DNA from: a virus
Taxonomy: Duplodnaviria > Caudoviricetes
DNA: 28,672 bases
Reading direction: 5' to 3' (one strand)
Virus record (IMG/VR): IMGVR_UViG_3300027804_000177
Location: 1 to 28,672 of that record
Both the position numbers and the translations under genes were made by a program. Shown in pieces: positions 15,889 through 24,029 of this stretch. How positions within the stretch are numbered: the first letter of the stretch is position 1; every line of letters starts with the position of its first letter. The notes below the pieces were generated by a model, which was not told where the DNA came from, did not search any database, and saw only the letters and a list, made by a program, of their open reading frames with translations.

Positions 15889-17676
15889 TCACGCGGAAGG
15901 CAAGTCGGTTTCAGTTGTTTCCTTCCCGACGATGCCCCAGCGCACGGCGGCCAGGAGGCCGAGAAGTTCGCAGTCGAAAGCATGGTTATCCTTCTTGCCC
16001 TGAGGGAGCAGCCACTGGGGCTTCCCCGTGCGCCTGTCCTTCACGCGGACTTCGGCATTCATCTGGTCGACGTAGTCCTGGCCGGCGTCGAGCGAGTAGG
16101 TGAATACTTTCCGAGAGCGTAGGCCGTGCAGGAGGTCTTTGCCGGCGAGGTTCGACCACACGATCAGGACGGCCCGAGCCTGAAGACCGGGCACCATAAT
16201 GGCCTGTTTATCGGAGTAGAATCGGCGGGTGGTCTTACCGTCCTTAGTCGTGACCGAGAAGTCTTCGTTGCCCGACCCCTTCGCACACTTCCAGCCACGG
16301 GCCGCGGTCTGCCGATATACGTCCGTAGCCTGGTCGCCCGAGTCGACCATGACCATGGCCTGATGCACGCCGTGCTTTTTGACGAAGGCCTCGAGGTCGT
16401 TCCATGTGTCAATCTTAGCGAAGGCCTTCAAACGGCTGTGCCCGGTGCGACTCCACCGGCGGATGGCACAATAGAAGAACCCTCGCTGCACGTCGATGCC
16501 GGCCGTGCGGAACGGGAACGAACCCTCGGGCGCTCCCTCGCGGTCGACGACGCGGCCCTTCGGGGTGATGACTGACTCCCCGTCCCAGTCGTCGGTCATG
16601 TTATAGTTCGCAGCCTGGGCGATGTTCACGATCTCCCCGCCCTCTTCGGCCCAGCTGAGAGCCAGCCGCTTCTGCTTGAATTGCCGGCGGGCGTCCTCGT
16701 CTCCGTAGATGTCCGCGGCCTCCTTCGCCTTGATCATCATCACGGCCAGCTCGCCCCAGCTCATCGTCGCAAGGCTGTTCCAGTGAAGCCCGATGTGCCC
16801 GGAGTTAGCGGCCGATGCCGTCGCGACAAAGGCGCCGCGTCGGTTCGCCTCGAGGCGCGTGGCGTTGTTGTCGGGCAGTCGCTCCTGACAGCCGGCGCAT
16901 TCGTAAGTCGTGCCGGTGCTGACCTTCTGCAAATCCCATGTTCCTGTCTGCTTTGCCTCGTCCGGGAACCTGACCTGTTCCCATACCCAGGGCTGGAGCG
17001 TGTCGCATCGGACACACCGAAAGTTCCAGTCACGTTGATCGGTGGACTCGTGCAGCTGATGGAACTCCTGACCAGCCCTCCCGCCCTGGGACATGAAGAT
17101 GCGTTTACCCATCCAACCGAAGGCGGTCACGCGTGCGCTCAGTTCGGCGAGGTGGCCCGCCGGCGCCATCCAACATTCGTCTGCGATGGTGTAACGCAGG
17201 GACAAGCGTTGAAGGTTGGACTCGTTCCACAGGCCGCGACAGTAAAGCGTCATGCGGTCGAAGTCCGTCGTCGTCGAGCGATCCATGTCGTCGACCGAGA
17301 TGCGGGCCTTCACCGGCGGGCAGTTGTTCCAGACTGGCCGCATGTAGCGAAGGGCGAAGTCCTTAGATTCCGCATCCGTGCTTTGGAATACCGCGGTCGG
17401 GCCTGGGGCGTTCGCGATGATGTGACAGGTGAATAGGCGGGCGAAGAGGGACTTGCCGGACTGGATGCTCGCGAGCACGGTGAGCATCCGCGTCTCGGGG
17501 TCGGCGGCGATGCGCAAGGCCTCGGCGATCCACGGCGTCCGCTCCGAGCGGAACGGCCCGGGCATCGGCGAGTCGGGAATGGCGAGCACGTTCTCCTCGA
17601 GCCACTCGACGACGTCGCCGGAGTCGGACGGCTTGAGCACGTCACGGCCTACGCGGAGGAGGTCAGTCTTGTTCAT
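15889..17676 (-). CDS. terL: Terminase large subunit, GpA family (595 aa)
   Basis: PGPFRSERTPW, ASIQSGKS (Walker A variant), TIADE (Walker B), CxxC pairs (CVRC, CAGC), TAGIDVQ nuclease motif, VDSG and DNHAFDCE. Confidence 0.95.
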   Translation of the reverse strand: MNKTDLLRVGRDVLKPSDSGDVVEWLEENVLAIPDSPMPGPFRSERTPWIAEALRIAADPETRMLTVLASIQSGKSLFARLFTCHIIANAPGPTAVFQSTDAESKDFALRYMRPVWNNCPPVKARISVDDMDRSTTTDFDRMTLYCRGLWNESNLQRLSLRYTIADECWMAPAGHLAELSARVTAFGWMGKRIFMSQGGRAGQEFHQLHESTDQRDWNFRCVRCDTLQPWVWEQVRFPDEAKQTGTWDLQKVSTGTTYECAGCQERLPDNNATRLEANRRGAFVATASAANSGHIGLHWNSLATMSWGELAVMMIKAKEAADIYGDEDARRQFKQKRLALSWAEEGGEIVNIAQAANYNMTDDWDGESVITPKGRVVDREGAPEGSFPFRTAGIDVQRGFFYCAIRRWSRTGHSRLKAFAKIDTWNDLEAFVKKHGVHQAMVMVDSGDQATDVYRQTAARGWKCAKGSGNEDFSVTTKDGKTTRRFYSDKQAIMVPGLQARAVLIVWSNLAGKDLLHGLRSRKVFTYSLDAGQDYVDQMNAEVRVKDRRTGKPQWLLPQGKKDNHAFDCELLGLLAAVRWGIVGKETTETDLPSA

Positions 17677-18226
17677 CGTTCGCGGAGAGGTCGGCCTTCG
17701 TCTTGCGTACCCAAGTCTCGAGCGCCTTCACGGCCTTCGCCGGGTTCTCGGGGTTGCACCCTTCGGCCACGTCGAGGGCCAGCTTGTCGAGGCGGTTGAC
17801 GACCTCGCCCATCAGTTGACGCATGGCCTCCGTCGCTTCCTTCGCGGCGATGTAGTCCTTAGCCAGGATGAGCCGACGCTCCTGCTCTTCCTCAAGGGCG
17901 ACGAGGGTCTTGAGGCTCTGGTTGTATGCGGTCTGGTACTTGCCTTGGTTAGGATCTCCGCCCTCCATCGACGCAAGCCAGACGCCGCGGGCCCGACCGA
18001 CGAGCGCCCGGTGTTCCGCGATCGTGTCGGAGAGCGTTCCGTCGTCGAGCTGCGCCGGCGCGGCCTTCGGCGCCTTCGCCTTGCGCTGCTCCTCGCGTTG
18101 AGCCCGCCATGCCAGGGCGGCTTCGATGCTGTCAGTGGGAAGCCCTTCGCGTTTGAGCACGCTCACGCGCTGCGGCGTGATGTTCAAGGCCGTGCCGATC
18201 TCGAGGTTGCTGAGTTTACGCGTCAT
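17663..18226 (-). CDS. terS: Terminase small subunit (187 aa)
   Basis: N-terminal HTH (SNLEIGTALNITPQRVSVLKREGLP) plus coiled coil; overlaps the start of TerL, as lambda Nu1 does. Confidence 0.8.
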   Translation of the reverse strand: MTRKLSNLEIGTALNITPQRVSVLKREGLPTDSIEAALAWRAQREEQRKAKAPKAAPAQLDDGTLSDTIAEHRALVGRARGVWLASMEGGDPNQGKYQTAYNQSLKTLVALEEEQERRLILAKDYIAAKEATEAMRQLMGEVVNRLDKLALDVAEGCNPENPAKAVKALETWVRKTKADLSANDEQD

Positions 18227-18415
18227 GGCCGAGTGCTGGAGTTCCCCCGTTTGCTGTTTTGGTCAAAACCTTCTTTTCCCCTCGTAAAAAAGAGGGGCAG
18301 GTGTCGTCCAACGCGGCGGAATAAGGCCCAAAAGAGATTCCTTAGGGGGGTTGTCGGACGTGCCGACGCTGATACGATTGAACGCTTTCATATGTAAACG
18401 AGGGTCAATCATATG

Positions 18416-18937
18416 TTATGAGCGTATATGAGGGGAGGTAAACGTCACGCGCATCTTGTCCCGCTTGGAGTTGCAATGAGGGAACAGGCCGTGGGCGTCG
18501 GAGTTGACGGACAACTGGATGGCCCGGGCTCGCTTGCGCATGGCCTCATGCGACTTGCCATACATCCGTGCGATCATACGCGAGGACAGGCAGCCGGGAA
18601 GACTGAGCGCCCATCTGATGAGTTCCGTATGCCGGCGGAAATAAAAATTATCCGACATAGCCAGGGCGTCGATGAAGGCCTTGAGCATGACGGCCACGAG
18701 ATCGCGGGAGATGAAAGCGTCGACCTCGACGTGCTCATCCGTGCCGGTGTTCATCCAGGCGGTGTGTTCGTCCTTCACCTTGAAGACGTGCCGAGACTGC
18801 ACCATCTCGCGGTAAGGCAGGACGCCGGAGTTGCGCATCTTCTCCTGCACCTTCTTGGGCTGAGAGAAGAACCATGCGTCAAACGACCGTGCCTCTTCCG
18901 CCGGAGCGGTCAGGTCATTCAGTCGGGCCTTGGTCAT
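18416..18937 (-). CDS. Protein with C-terminal HTH (sigma region 4-like); candidate late transcription regulator (173 aa)
   Basis: LSSRMIARMYGKSHEAMRKRARAI; last gene before the packaging module. Confidence 0.55.
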   Translation of the reverse strand: MTKARLNDLTAPAEEARSFDAWFFSQPKKVQEKMRNSGVLPYREMVQSRHVFKVKDEHTAWMNTGTDEHVEVDAFISRDLVAVMLKAFIDALAMSDNFYFRRHTELIRWALSLPGCLSSRMIARMYGKSHEAMRKRARAIQLSVNSDAHGLFPHCNSKRDKMRVTFTSPHIRS

Positions 18938-19331
18938 TCATCTCGGACGGTGCTGAAGGTTTTGACGGGGGCAATGTGCAAAGGTTGTGCCAGGTGTTAG
19001 TCCTCGGGACGTAGTCGATGAGGCCGAGGAGGCGGAGCCGGCGGATCAGGGAGTCACGGCGCTTGCGTCGCTTCTTGCCCTTGCGGGTATAGGGGATGTC
19101 CAGGAGCAGGGCGTCGAGCTGCGCGGGGGTCAGGGTTGCCGGCCAATCTCTGACGGTCTCGAGGAGGTAGGTCTTCGCCCCGTCTCTGATCTCGGTGGCC
19201 CTGGCGGTGGCCTTGACCCGACCCTTCTCCATGACCTGTCTTTTGTTTTTCCAGAGCCAGCGTCGGCGCTTAGAGATCTCGCGGCGGACTGAGAGGTAGG
19301 CCAGTTGCTTGGCGGAGAGTTTCCTAGGCAT
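18915..19331 (-). CDS. Very basic hypothetical protein, possible winged HTH (138 aa)
   Basis: Arg/Lys-rich; RDSLIRRLRLLGLIDY resembles a recognition helix plus wing. Confidence 0.6.
   Translation of the reverse strand: MPRKLSAKQLAYLSVRREISKRRRWLWKNKRQVMEKGRVKATARATEIRDGAKTYLLETVRDWPATLTPAQLDALLLDIPYTRKGKKRRKRRDSLIRRLRLLGLIDYVPRTNTWHNLCTLPPSKPSAPSEMNDQGPTE
18977..18993 (-). promoter_or_regulatory. Sigma54 (RpoN) -24/-12 promoter consensus CTGGCACAACCTTTGCA
   Basis: Exact TGGCAC-N5-TTGCA with GG-N10-GC spacing; about 40 nt upstream of ATG 18937; inside the 3' end of the preceding ORF. Confidence 0.5.
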
Positions 19332-19509
19332 GTGCGTAGACTCGGGAGGCTTGCGGCCTGAATATTATTTATCTTCCCCCGTCGCGCCAGCAGAGGGGGT
19401 AGAAGTATAAATAACTACCCCTGCGGTAGACGGACTTGCATACCCTAGCGACGAGGTCATGATTAGGCGGGAAGAGGGGGGCTTAAGGGGGTGAAGGGTA
19501 GGAGACCCC

Positions 19510-20817
19510 TCAGACGTAGTCAGGACGGCTCCTAGGGCCCTTGGCGGGGCTGGAATCGGTACGCTGGGGAGCGGGGTCGGAGCCAGCGGTCGGGGCGTAT
19601 TCCCAGCGGAGCACCTTGGCCTCCGGGGAGTGTTGAAGGTAGACGAAGCCGGACTTGGCCCAGTTGCCGTCCATGTCCTGAAGGCCGCAACGGGAGGCGC
19701 GCTTCGAGAAGCCGAACTTGTACCGGGCGGGCTCGCCCTTCGTGCGGTAGAGGAAGCCGGCGTCGCGGCTGTAGTTCACCCACTCCGCGGATCCGGCGCC
19801 GAGATAGGCGAGCTGAGAGGGGGTCATGCTGTCCAGGTCGTCGGCGGACTTCGGCTTGGTCGTGTGGTGCATGTAGATCATGGCGGCCTTGGTGCGCTTG
19901 AGGACTGGGTCGACTTGCGTGCGTAGCCAGTCGGTCGTCAGGGACTGGTCGGCGATGTCGAAGCCGGCGTAGGCGAGCAGTGGGTCAATCCAGACGACCT
20001 CGGCGCCGTGCTTGACGATGAGGTTCTCGAGGAAGGCCGGGAAGGCCGTGCCGATGTGCTTTGTGTCGCGGACGATGGCGATGTTCTGCTTTAGCCTGGT
20101 CTTCTCGCTCTCGGTCATCTTGCACGTCGAGCCCTGCCATGCCTCGGCGATGTCGCCCCCGTCATTCTCGGCCTGAAGGATGAGCGTCCTAAGCGGGCGG
20201 ACGGGAGTCAGGCCGAAGGTCGATTGCCCCAGGGCCCACGAGGTCGCGATCTGCATCATCAGGGAGGACTTGCCGGTGCCGGAGAAGCCGACGATTGATA
20301 CGGCGTAGCCTTGGCAGAGCCAGCGGCGGGCCTTGCCGACGAGCACGGTGGGGTCGTCGAGCGGGTTGAAGGCGTCGAGGGCGTCGAGGTCGAACCATTC
20401 GCCGGTGTCCTTCTCGCGCTTGGAGGCCTTGCGCTGCTCGGACAGGCGGGCATAATGCTCGAGGAGGGTATCCGGGTCGGTTGCGTTCGCCGCGGCGTCT
20501 GCGGCCTGACGGAGCAGGGCAGCGCTTGTGATCAGGTCGACGTGCTCGGGGCGGTAAGCGTTCGTCCCCGCGTCGGTGACAATCAGCGAGACCGTGCCGG
20601 CCTCGACCGGCGACTTCATCTCGCGCAGCTTCTGGGTGACGGTCAGCTCGTCGGCAGGGATGCCGTCAACGCCCAGGGACAGCACGGCCCCCACGATGTC
20701 CTGATGCGTAGGGTCGAAGAAGTCGGAGGCCTTGAGGTCGGGCGGGAAGGGGAGAGCATCGCGGAGGAGGACGCCGATGAGATGGCGTTCCGCGGCGACG
20801 TTGTTCGGCGGGATCAT
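19510..20817 (-). CDS. Replicative helicase: DnaB-like N-terminal domain plus RepA/AAA_25-type ATPase (435 aa)
   Basis: PPNNVAAERHLIGVLL...DFFDPTHQDI (DnaB N-terminus); Walker A GFSGTGKS; QAEND; VWIDP (Walker B); MHHTTK; GAGS. Confidence 0.88.
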   Translation of the reverse strand: MIPPNNVAAERHLIGVLLRDALPFPPDLKASDFFDPTHQDIVGAVLSLGVDGIPADELTVTQKLREMKSPVEAGTVSLIVTDAGTNAYRPEHVDLITSAALLRQAADAAANATDPDTLLEHYARLSEQRKASKREKDTGEWFDLDALDAFNPLDDPTVLVGKARRWLCQGYAVSIVGFSGTGKSSLMMQIATSWALGQSTFGLTPVRPLRTLILQAENDGGDIAEAWQGSTCKMTESEKTRLKQNIAIVRDTKHIGTAFPAFLENLIVKHGAEVVWIDPLLAYAGFDIADQSLTTDWLRTQVDPVLKRTKAAMIYMHHTTKPKSADDLDSMTPSQLAYLGAGSAEWVNYSRDAGFLYRTKGEPARYKFGFSKRASRCGLQDMDGNWAKSGFVYLQHSPEAKVLRWEYAPTAGSDPAPQRTDSSPAKGPRSRPDYV

Positions 20818-20868
20818 GAGAAGAGAGGAGGGGAGGGATGGGGGCGTGGAGGCCCTGCGTCAAATGTT

Positions 20869-21300
20869 TTAACGACAGACCCGGTCGAGGTCGGCCTTGC
20901 GGTAGTAAGGGACTGAGCGCGGGTTGCGGAGGATGCGGACAGGGAGGGCCATGCCGTCGATGCGGTATTGCACGCCGCGGACGGTGCGCCGGTGCTTGTG
21001 CGCGTACTCGGAGAGGGTGACCCACCCCTTGGGGGCCTTGAACTTCTCGAGGGCTTCAGCTGCGGCCTTGGCGTCGGACCAAGACTTGAACCTGGGCGAC
21101 AGGCGATAGATGAAGCGGCCTCGGCGGACGGTCTTCTGTTCGGCGAAGCCTGCCTTGACGATGCGGGCGAGAGGCAGGGCGACACCGGCTCGGGTGTTAT
21201 AGCCTAGGAGGCGGACGACCTCGATGGTCTTGTGCCAGCCTTCGGGTGTGTCGTCGGCGTTGATCGCGGCGACGAGGGCGTGGGCGTCGAAGCGCTTCAT
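20869..21300 (-). CDS. Putative DNA-binding protein with two HTH-like repeats (143 aa)
   Basis: Repeated P(E/K)GW + helix units (PEGWHKTIEVVRLLG, PKGWVTLSEYAHKH); basic. Confidence 0.6.
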   Translation of the reverse strand: MKRFDAHALVAAINADDTPEGWHKTIEVVRLLGYNTRAGVALPLARIVKAGFAEQKTVRRGRFIYRLSPRFKSWSDAKAAAEALEKFKAPKGWVTLSEYAHKHRRTVRGVQYRIDGMALPVRILRNPRSVPYYRKADLDRVCR

Positions 21301-22061
21301 CGGGCCTTCGGGGTGAAGACCTTAAGGTCGGTTGTCCAGACCCAGCGGGAGCCGACGCGGTGGACGAGCCAGACCTTCCAGTCCTTGCCATCGACCCATC
21401 CGGCGGCGAAGCCTGAGCCCCAGCGGGAAGTGGCTAGGCGATGCGACGCGTAAGCCATGGCGTCCTTCTGACAGAGACAGCCAGCAGAGAACGCGGCGCC
21501 GCCTTCGGCTTTGGTCAAGTTGACCTGGGCGAGCGTGTGCGTGTGGCCGTGGATCAGAGCGCCTCCGCGGTCGGCGTAGTGCTTGCCCTGCTCGGCGGTG
21601 GCGTTCAAGCCGTGGGCGTAGCCATGGATGAAGGCGACCTGACCTAGTCGATAGACGCCCTTCTCGGCGTGGTAAGGCAGGATGGTCTTGGCTCCGCAGC
21701 TCTTCGCGGCTGTCTTGATGCGGGCCTCGAGGTCGGCGCAGTAGTCACGCACCAGGGCGGAGCCGGAGGTGTTCTGGAGGGCTTGGGCGCGGTGCTCGTG
21801 ATTGCCCATCAGGTAGACGGTTGGCTTGGTGCGCTCAAGGAAGGCTTCACCGGCCTCGATGTCGGAGATGAGGGACTCGGCGCCTTCGGCATCCTGCCCG
21901 GCTCCACGGCGCAGGGATCGGAAGTCGAAGCAATCGCCGAGATGGACGCGGACGGTCGGCTTGTAGTCCTTGATGAACTCGACCAGGGCCTCGACGGCGT
22001 TCTCGTCAGCCATGTCGCCGTGGTTATCACCGAAGGCGACGAAGCGGGTAGGGGTGCTCAT
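21297..22061 (-). CDS. Calcineurin-like metallophosphoesterase (254 aa)
   Basis: All five motifs present: GDNHG, HLGDCFD, GNHE, IHG and HGHTH. Confidence 0.9.
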   Translation of the reverse strand: MSTPTRFVAFGDNHGDMADENAVEALVEFIKDYKPTVRVHLGDCFDFRSLRRGAGQDAEGAESLISDIEAGEAFLERTKPTVYLMGNHEHRAQALQNTSGSALVRDYCADLEARIKTAAKSCGAKTILPYHAEKGVYRLGQVAFIHGYAHGLNATAEQGKHYADRGGALIHGHTHTLAQVNLTKAEGGAAFSAGCLCQKDAMAYASHRLATSRWGSGFAAGWVDGKDWKVWLVHRVGSRWVWTTDLKVFTPKAR

Positions 22062-22375
22062 TGGTCGAGGTGTGGAATGGGTTTGCCGGCGTCATAGGCC
22101 GCGAGCATCTCGTCGCGGTTCTTGCGGGCGGTCTCGAGGTCTTTGCCTAGGTTGTGGACGATGTTGGTCTTCCGCCGGCGGATGCGCAGCCACCAGCAGT
22201 CGCCAAGCTTCTGAAGGTGATGATTCGGATTCTCCGTCTTGATGTAGGCGGGCTTGTCGTTCCGCCCGGTTCGGGTATACTTCGGACAGGCGAGCAGGAA
22301 GGCGATGCGCTCGTCGGTCAGGCCTGAGCGTCTGGCCCAGGCTATGCGCTCGTCCATGCTCAGGTCGTCATTCAT
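22058..22375 (-). CDS. AP2-like DNA-binding domain protein (about 105 aa; alternative start 22390)
   Basis: WWLRIRRRKTNIVHNLGKDLETARKNRDEML matches the AP2 three-strand-plus-helix pattern. Confidence 0.55.
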   Translation of the reverse strand: MNDDLSMDERIAWARRSGLTDERIAFLLACPKYTRTGRNDKPAYIKTENPNHHLQKLGDCWWLRIRRRKTNIVHNLGKDLETARKNRDEMLAAYDAGKPIPHLDQ

Positions 22376-22377
22376 GA

Positions 22378-22959
22378 CTAGAGCCTCCATGTCTTCGCGA
22401 TGTAGCGGCCCTCCATGAGGATCGTATTCCGCGAGTTGGGGGCGAAGGTCAGCTCGAGGTCGAAGGCGTGCTTCTCGCGGATCTCGAGGATGCTGTCCAT
22501 CTCCTCCTGGTTGGCGGGGCCGACGCCGGCGGTGGCGACGTAGACGGTGCGCACCTTCCAGCCGAGGTCGATGAGCACGTCCTGACAGACGGCGACCTCG
22601 TTCGCGTATCTAAGGTCACTGCATACGACCGTCTCGGGGGCAAGTTCACCGGGCGCCATCTGGATCGGGCAGAAGTTGGCGAGGTTCTTGGCGAAGATGT
22701 CGACGTCCAGGGAGCGGGCGAGGCGTCCGCCGGCCACGAGGAAGTCCCGATGTAGGGTCTTGAAGCGATCGTCGTGGAAGTTTCCCTCTAGGTTTAGGGA
22801 CATGAGGAAGTCATTCCCCGCGTCCTTGAGGTAGTCTGCGAAGTTGGTCTTGCGAGACGGTCGGGTCGACCATTCGAGGATTCCCGAGGCGAGGGTGTCC
22901 TTCCCCGCCCTTGCGAAGCCGGAGATCAGGACAAGGGTCGGGGCGGACATGGTGGTCAT
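22378..22959 (-). CDS. Deoxynucleoside monophosphate kinase-like P-loop protein (193 aa)
   Basis: ISGFARAGKDT P-loop, FADYLK and VCSDLRYANE (DxRxxNE) motifs of phage dNMP kinases. Confidence 0.8.
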   Translation of the reverse strand: MTTMSAPTLVLISGFARAGKDTLASGILEWSTRPSRKTNFADYLKDAGNDFLMSLNLEGNFHDDRFKTLHRDFLVAGGRLARSLDVDIFAKNLANFCPIQMAPGELAPETVVCSDLRYANEVAVCQDVLIDLGWKVRTVYVATAGVGPANQEEMDSILEIREKHAFDLELTFAPNSRNTILMEGRYIAKTWRL

Positions 22960-23120
22960 GCGGCGGCGGAGGCCTTGCGCGTGGCTTTTGCGATTCGGGA
23001 GGCGATGCGGGTCTGGCGGCCGGAGATGCCGAGACGACGACGGACGCGGCGGAGGTTAAGGTCGGGCGCCTTGAGCAGCGCCTCGACCAGGGCCTCGCGG
23101 ATCTTGGCGAGGTTGTTCAT
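22956..23120 (-). CDS. Small basic HTH-like protein (54 aa, MNNLAKIREALVEALLKAPDLNLRRVRRRLGISGRQTRIASRIAKATRKASAAA)
   Basis: Not in the ORF track; translated by hand. Overlaps both neighbours at start/stop (TGATG and ATGA), indicating translational coupling. Confidence 0.7.
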   Translation of the reverse strand: MNNLAKIREALVEALLKAPDLNLRRVRRRLGISGRQTRIASRIAKATRKASAAA

Positions 23121-23560
23121 CAGTACGGGACGTCTTCGGGGTTGGGGAGGTCGTTGACGACAGGCTTCTGACTGCCCTTAGGGTAGGTCAGCTTGTACTT
23201 GTATTGAGGCTTGCCGTTATACTCGCCGGACGGCTCGGCTTCGACGCCGATTAGGCACGTCCTGCCACAGGCCGGGGTGATGTATTCCATGAACTCGGCG
23301 GGGGTGGCATCTAGGCGCAGCTCTTCAGTGAACTTGCCGGAGAACTTCCCGACGAGCATCGCGAGGGGCTTGCCCCACTTCGAGGAGAAGGACTTCGACA
23401 GGCAGTTGCCCTGGTCGTCGAGGAAGAAGAGGCGGCAGGAGACGGTGCCGTCTTCCCACGCGCGGATCTTATCGAAGGCGGGCTTGATGAGTTTGAGTTT
23501 ATACGTCCCAGCGGTCTCGATGGACTTGAGGGGCGGGCGGTCTTGGTTCGGTGTGGTCAT
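23120..23560 (-). CDS. Putative single-stranded DNA-binding protein (146 aa)
   Basis: AGTYKLKLI N-terminal strand; C-terminal LPNPEDVPY resembles the SSB DDIPF tail; located in the recombination module. Confidence 0.6.
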   Translation of the reverse strand: MTTPNQDRPPLKSIETAGTYKLKLIKPAFDKIRAWEDGTVSCRLFFLDDQGNCLSKSFSSKWGKPLAMLVGKFSGKFTEELRLDATPAEFMEYITPACGRTCLIGVEAEPSGEYNGKPQYKYKLTYPKGSQKPVVNDLPNPEDVPY

Positions 23561-23564
23561 GTGG

Positions 23565-24029
23565 TTATCGGGAAATTGAAATTACTTCGTATCCTCCGTC
23601 TCTGTTCCAGAGTCGGCATAAAATGGTTATGCGCTCGTCGTTGAGCATAGCGTGGTCAATGGATGTTTTGATGTCCTTATCCTTTGTCCATACCTTAACG
23701 TCATTTGAAACGGCTACCTCATAAGAGGTAATCACCGGGCCGACTCCAACTGACTTTCCGGTGCTGGTCACCCCGACGCCGCTTCCAGACCTTCTTTCAT
23801 TTCGAGTTCCGCCTAAGTGAACCGAGTAGACAGCATGGTCATTCCTGTCTCCGCTGCTTCGTTTAAAAACAGTTCCGCGGAAAAGTATGCTTGTTTCCGT
23901 AGGCTCAGAAGGCAAAAGCTGATTAACTCCGATTAAAACAGTGCATAGAAATGCTAGCCCAAGAACCCAGAATAACACAGTAAACGGCCATTCAATAGAG
24001 CCGTCGTATTCTTCGACATAAAGTTTCAT
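23565..24029 (-). CDS. AT-rich inserted membrane-anchored protein (154 aa)
   Basis: TM segment WPFTVLFWVLGLAFLCTVLIGV; visibly lower GC and different codon use than the flanks. Confidence 0.7.
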   Translation of the reverse strand: MKLYVEEYDGSIEWPFTVLFWVLGLAFLCTVLIGVNQLLPSEPTETSILFRGTVFKRSSGDRNDHAVYSVHLGGTRNERRSGSGVGVTSTGKSVGVGPVITSYEVAVSNDVKVWTKDKDIKTSIDHAMLNDERITILCRLWNRDGGYEVISISR

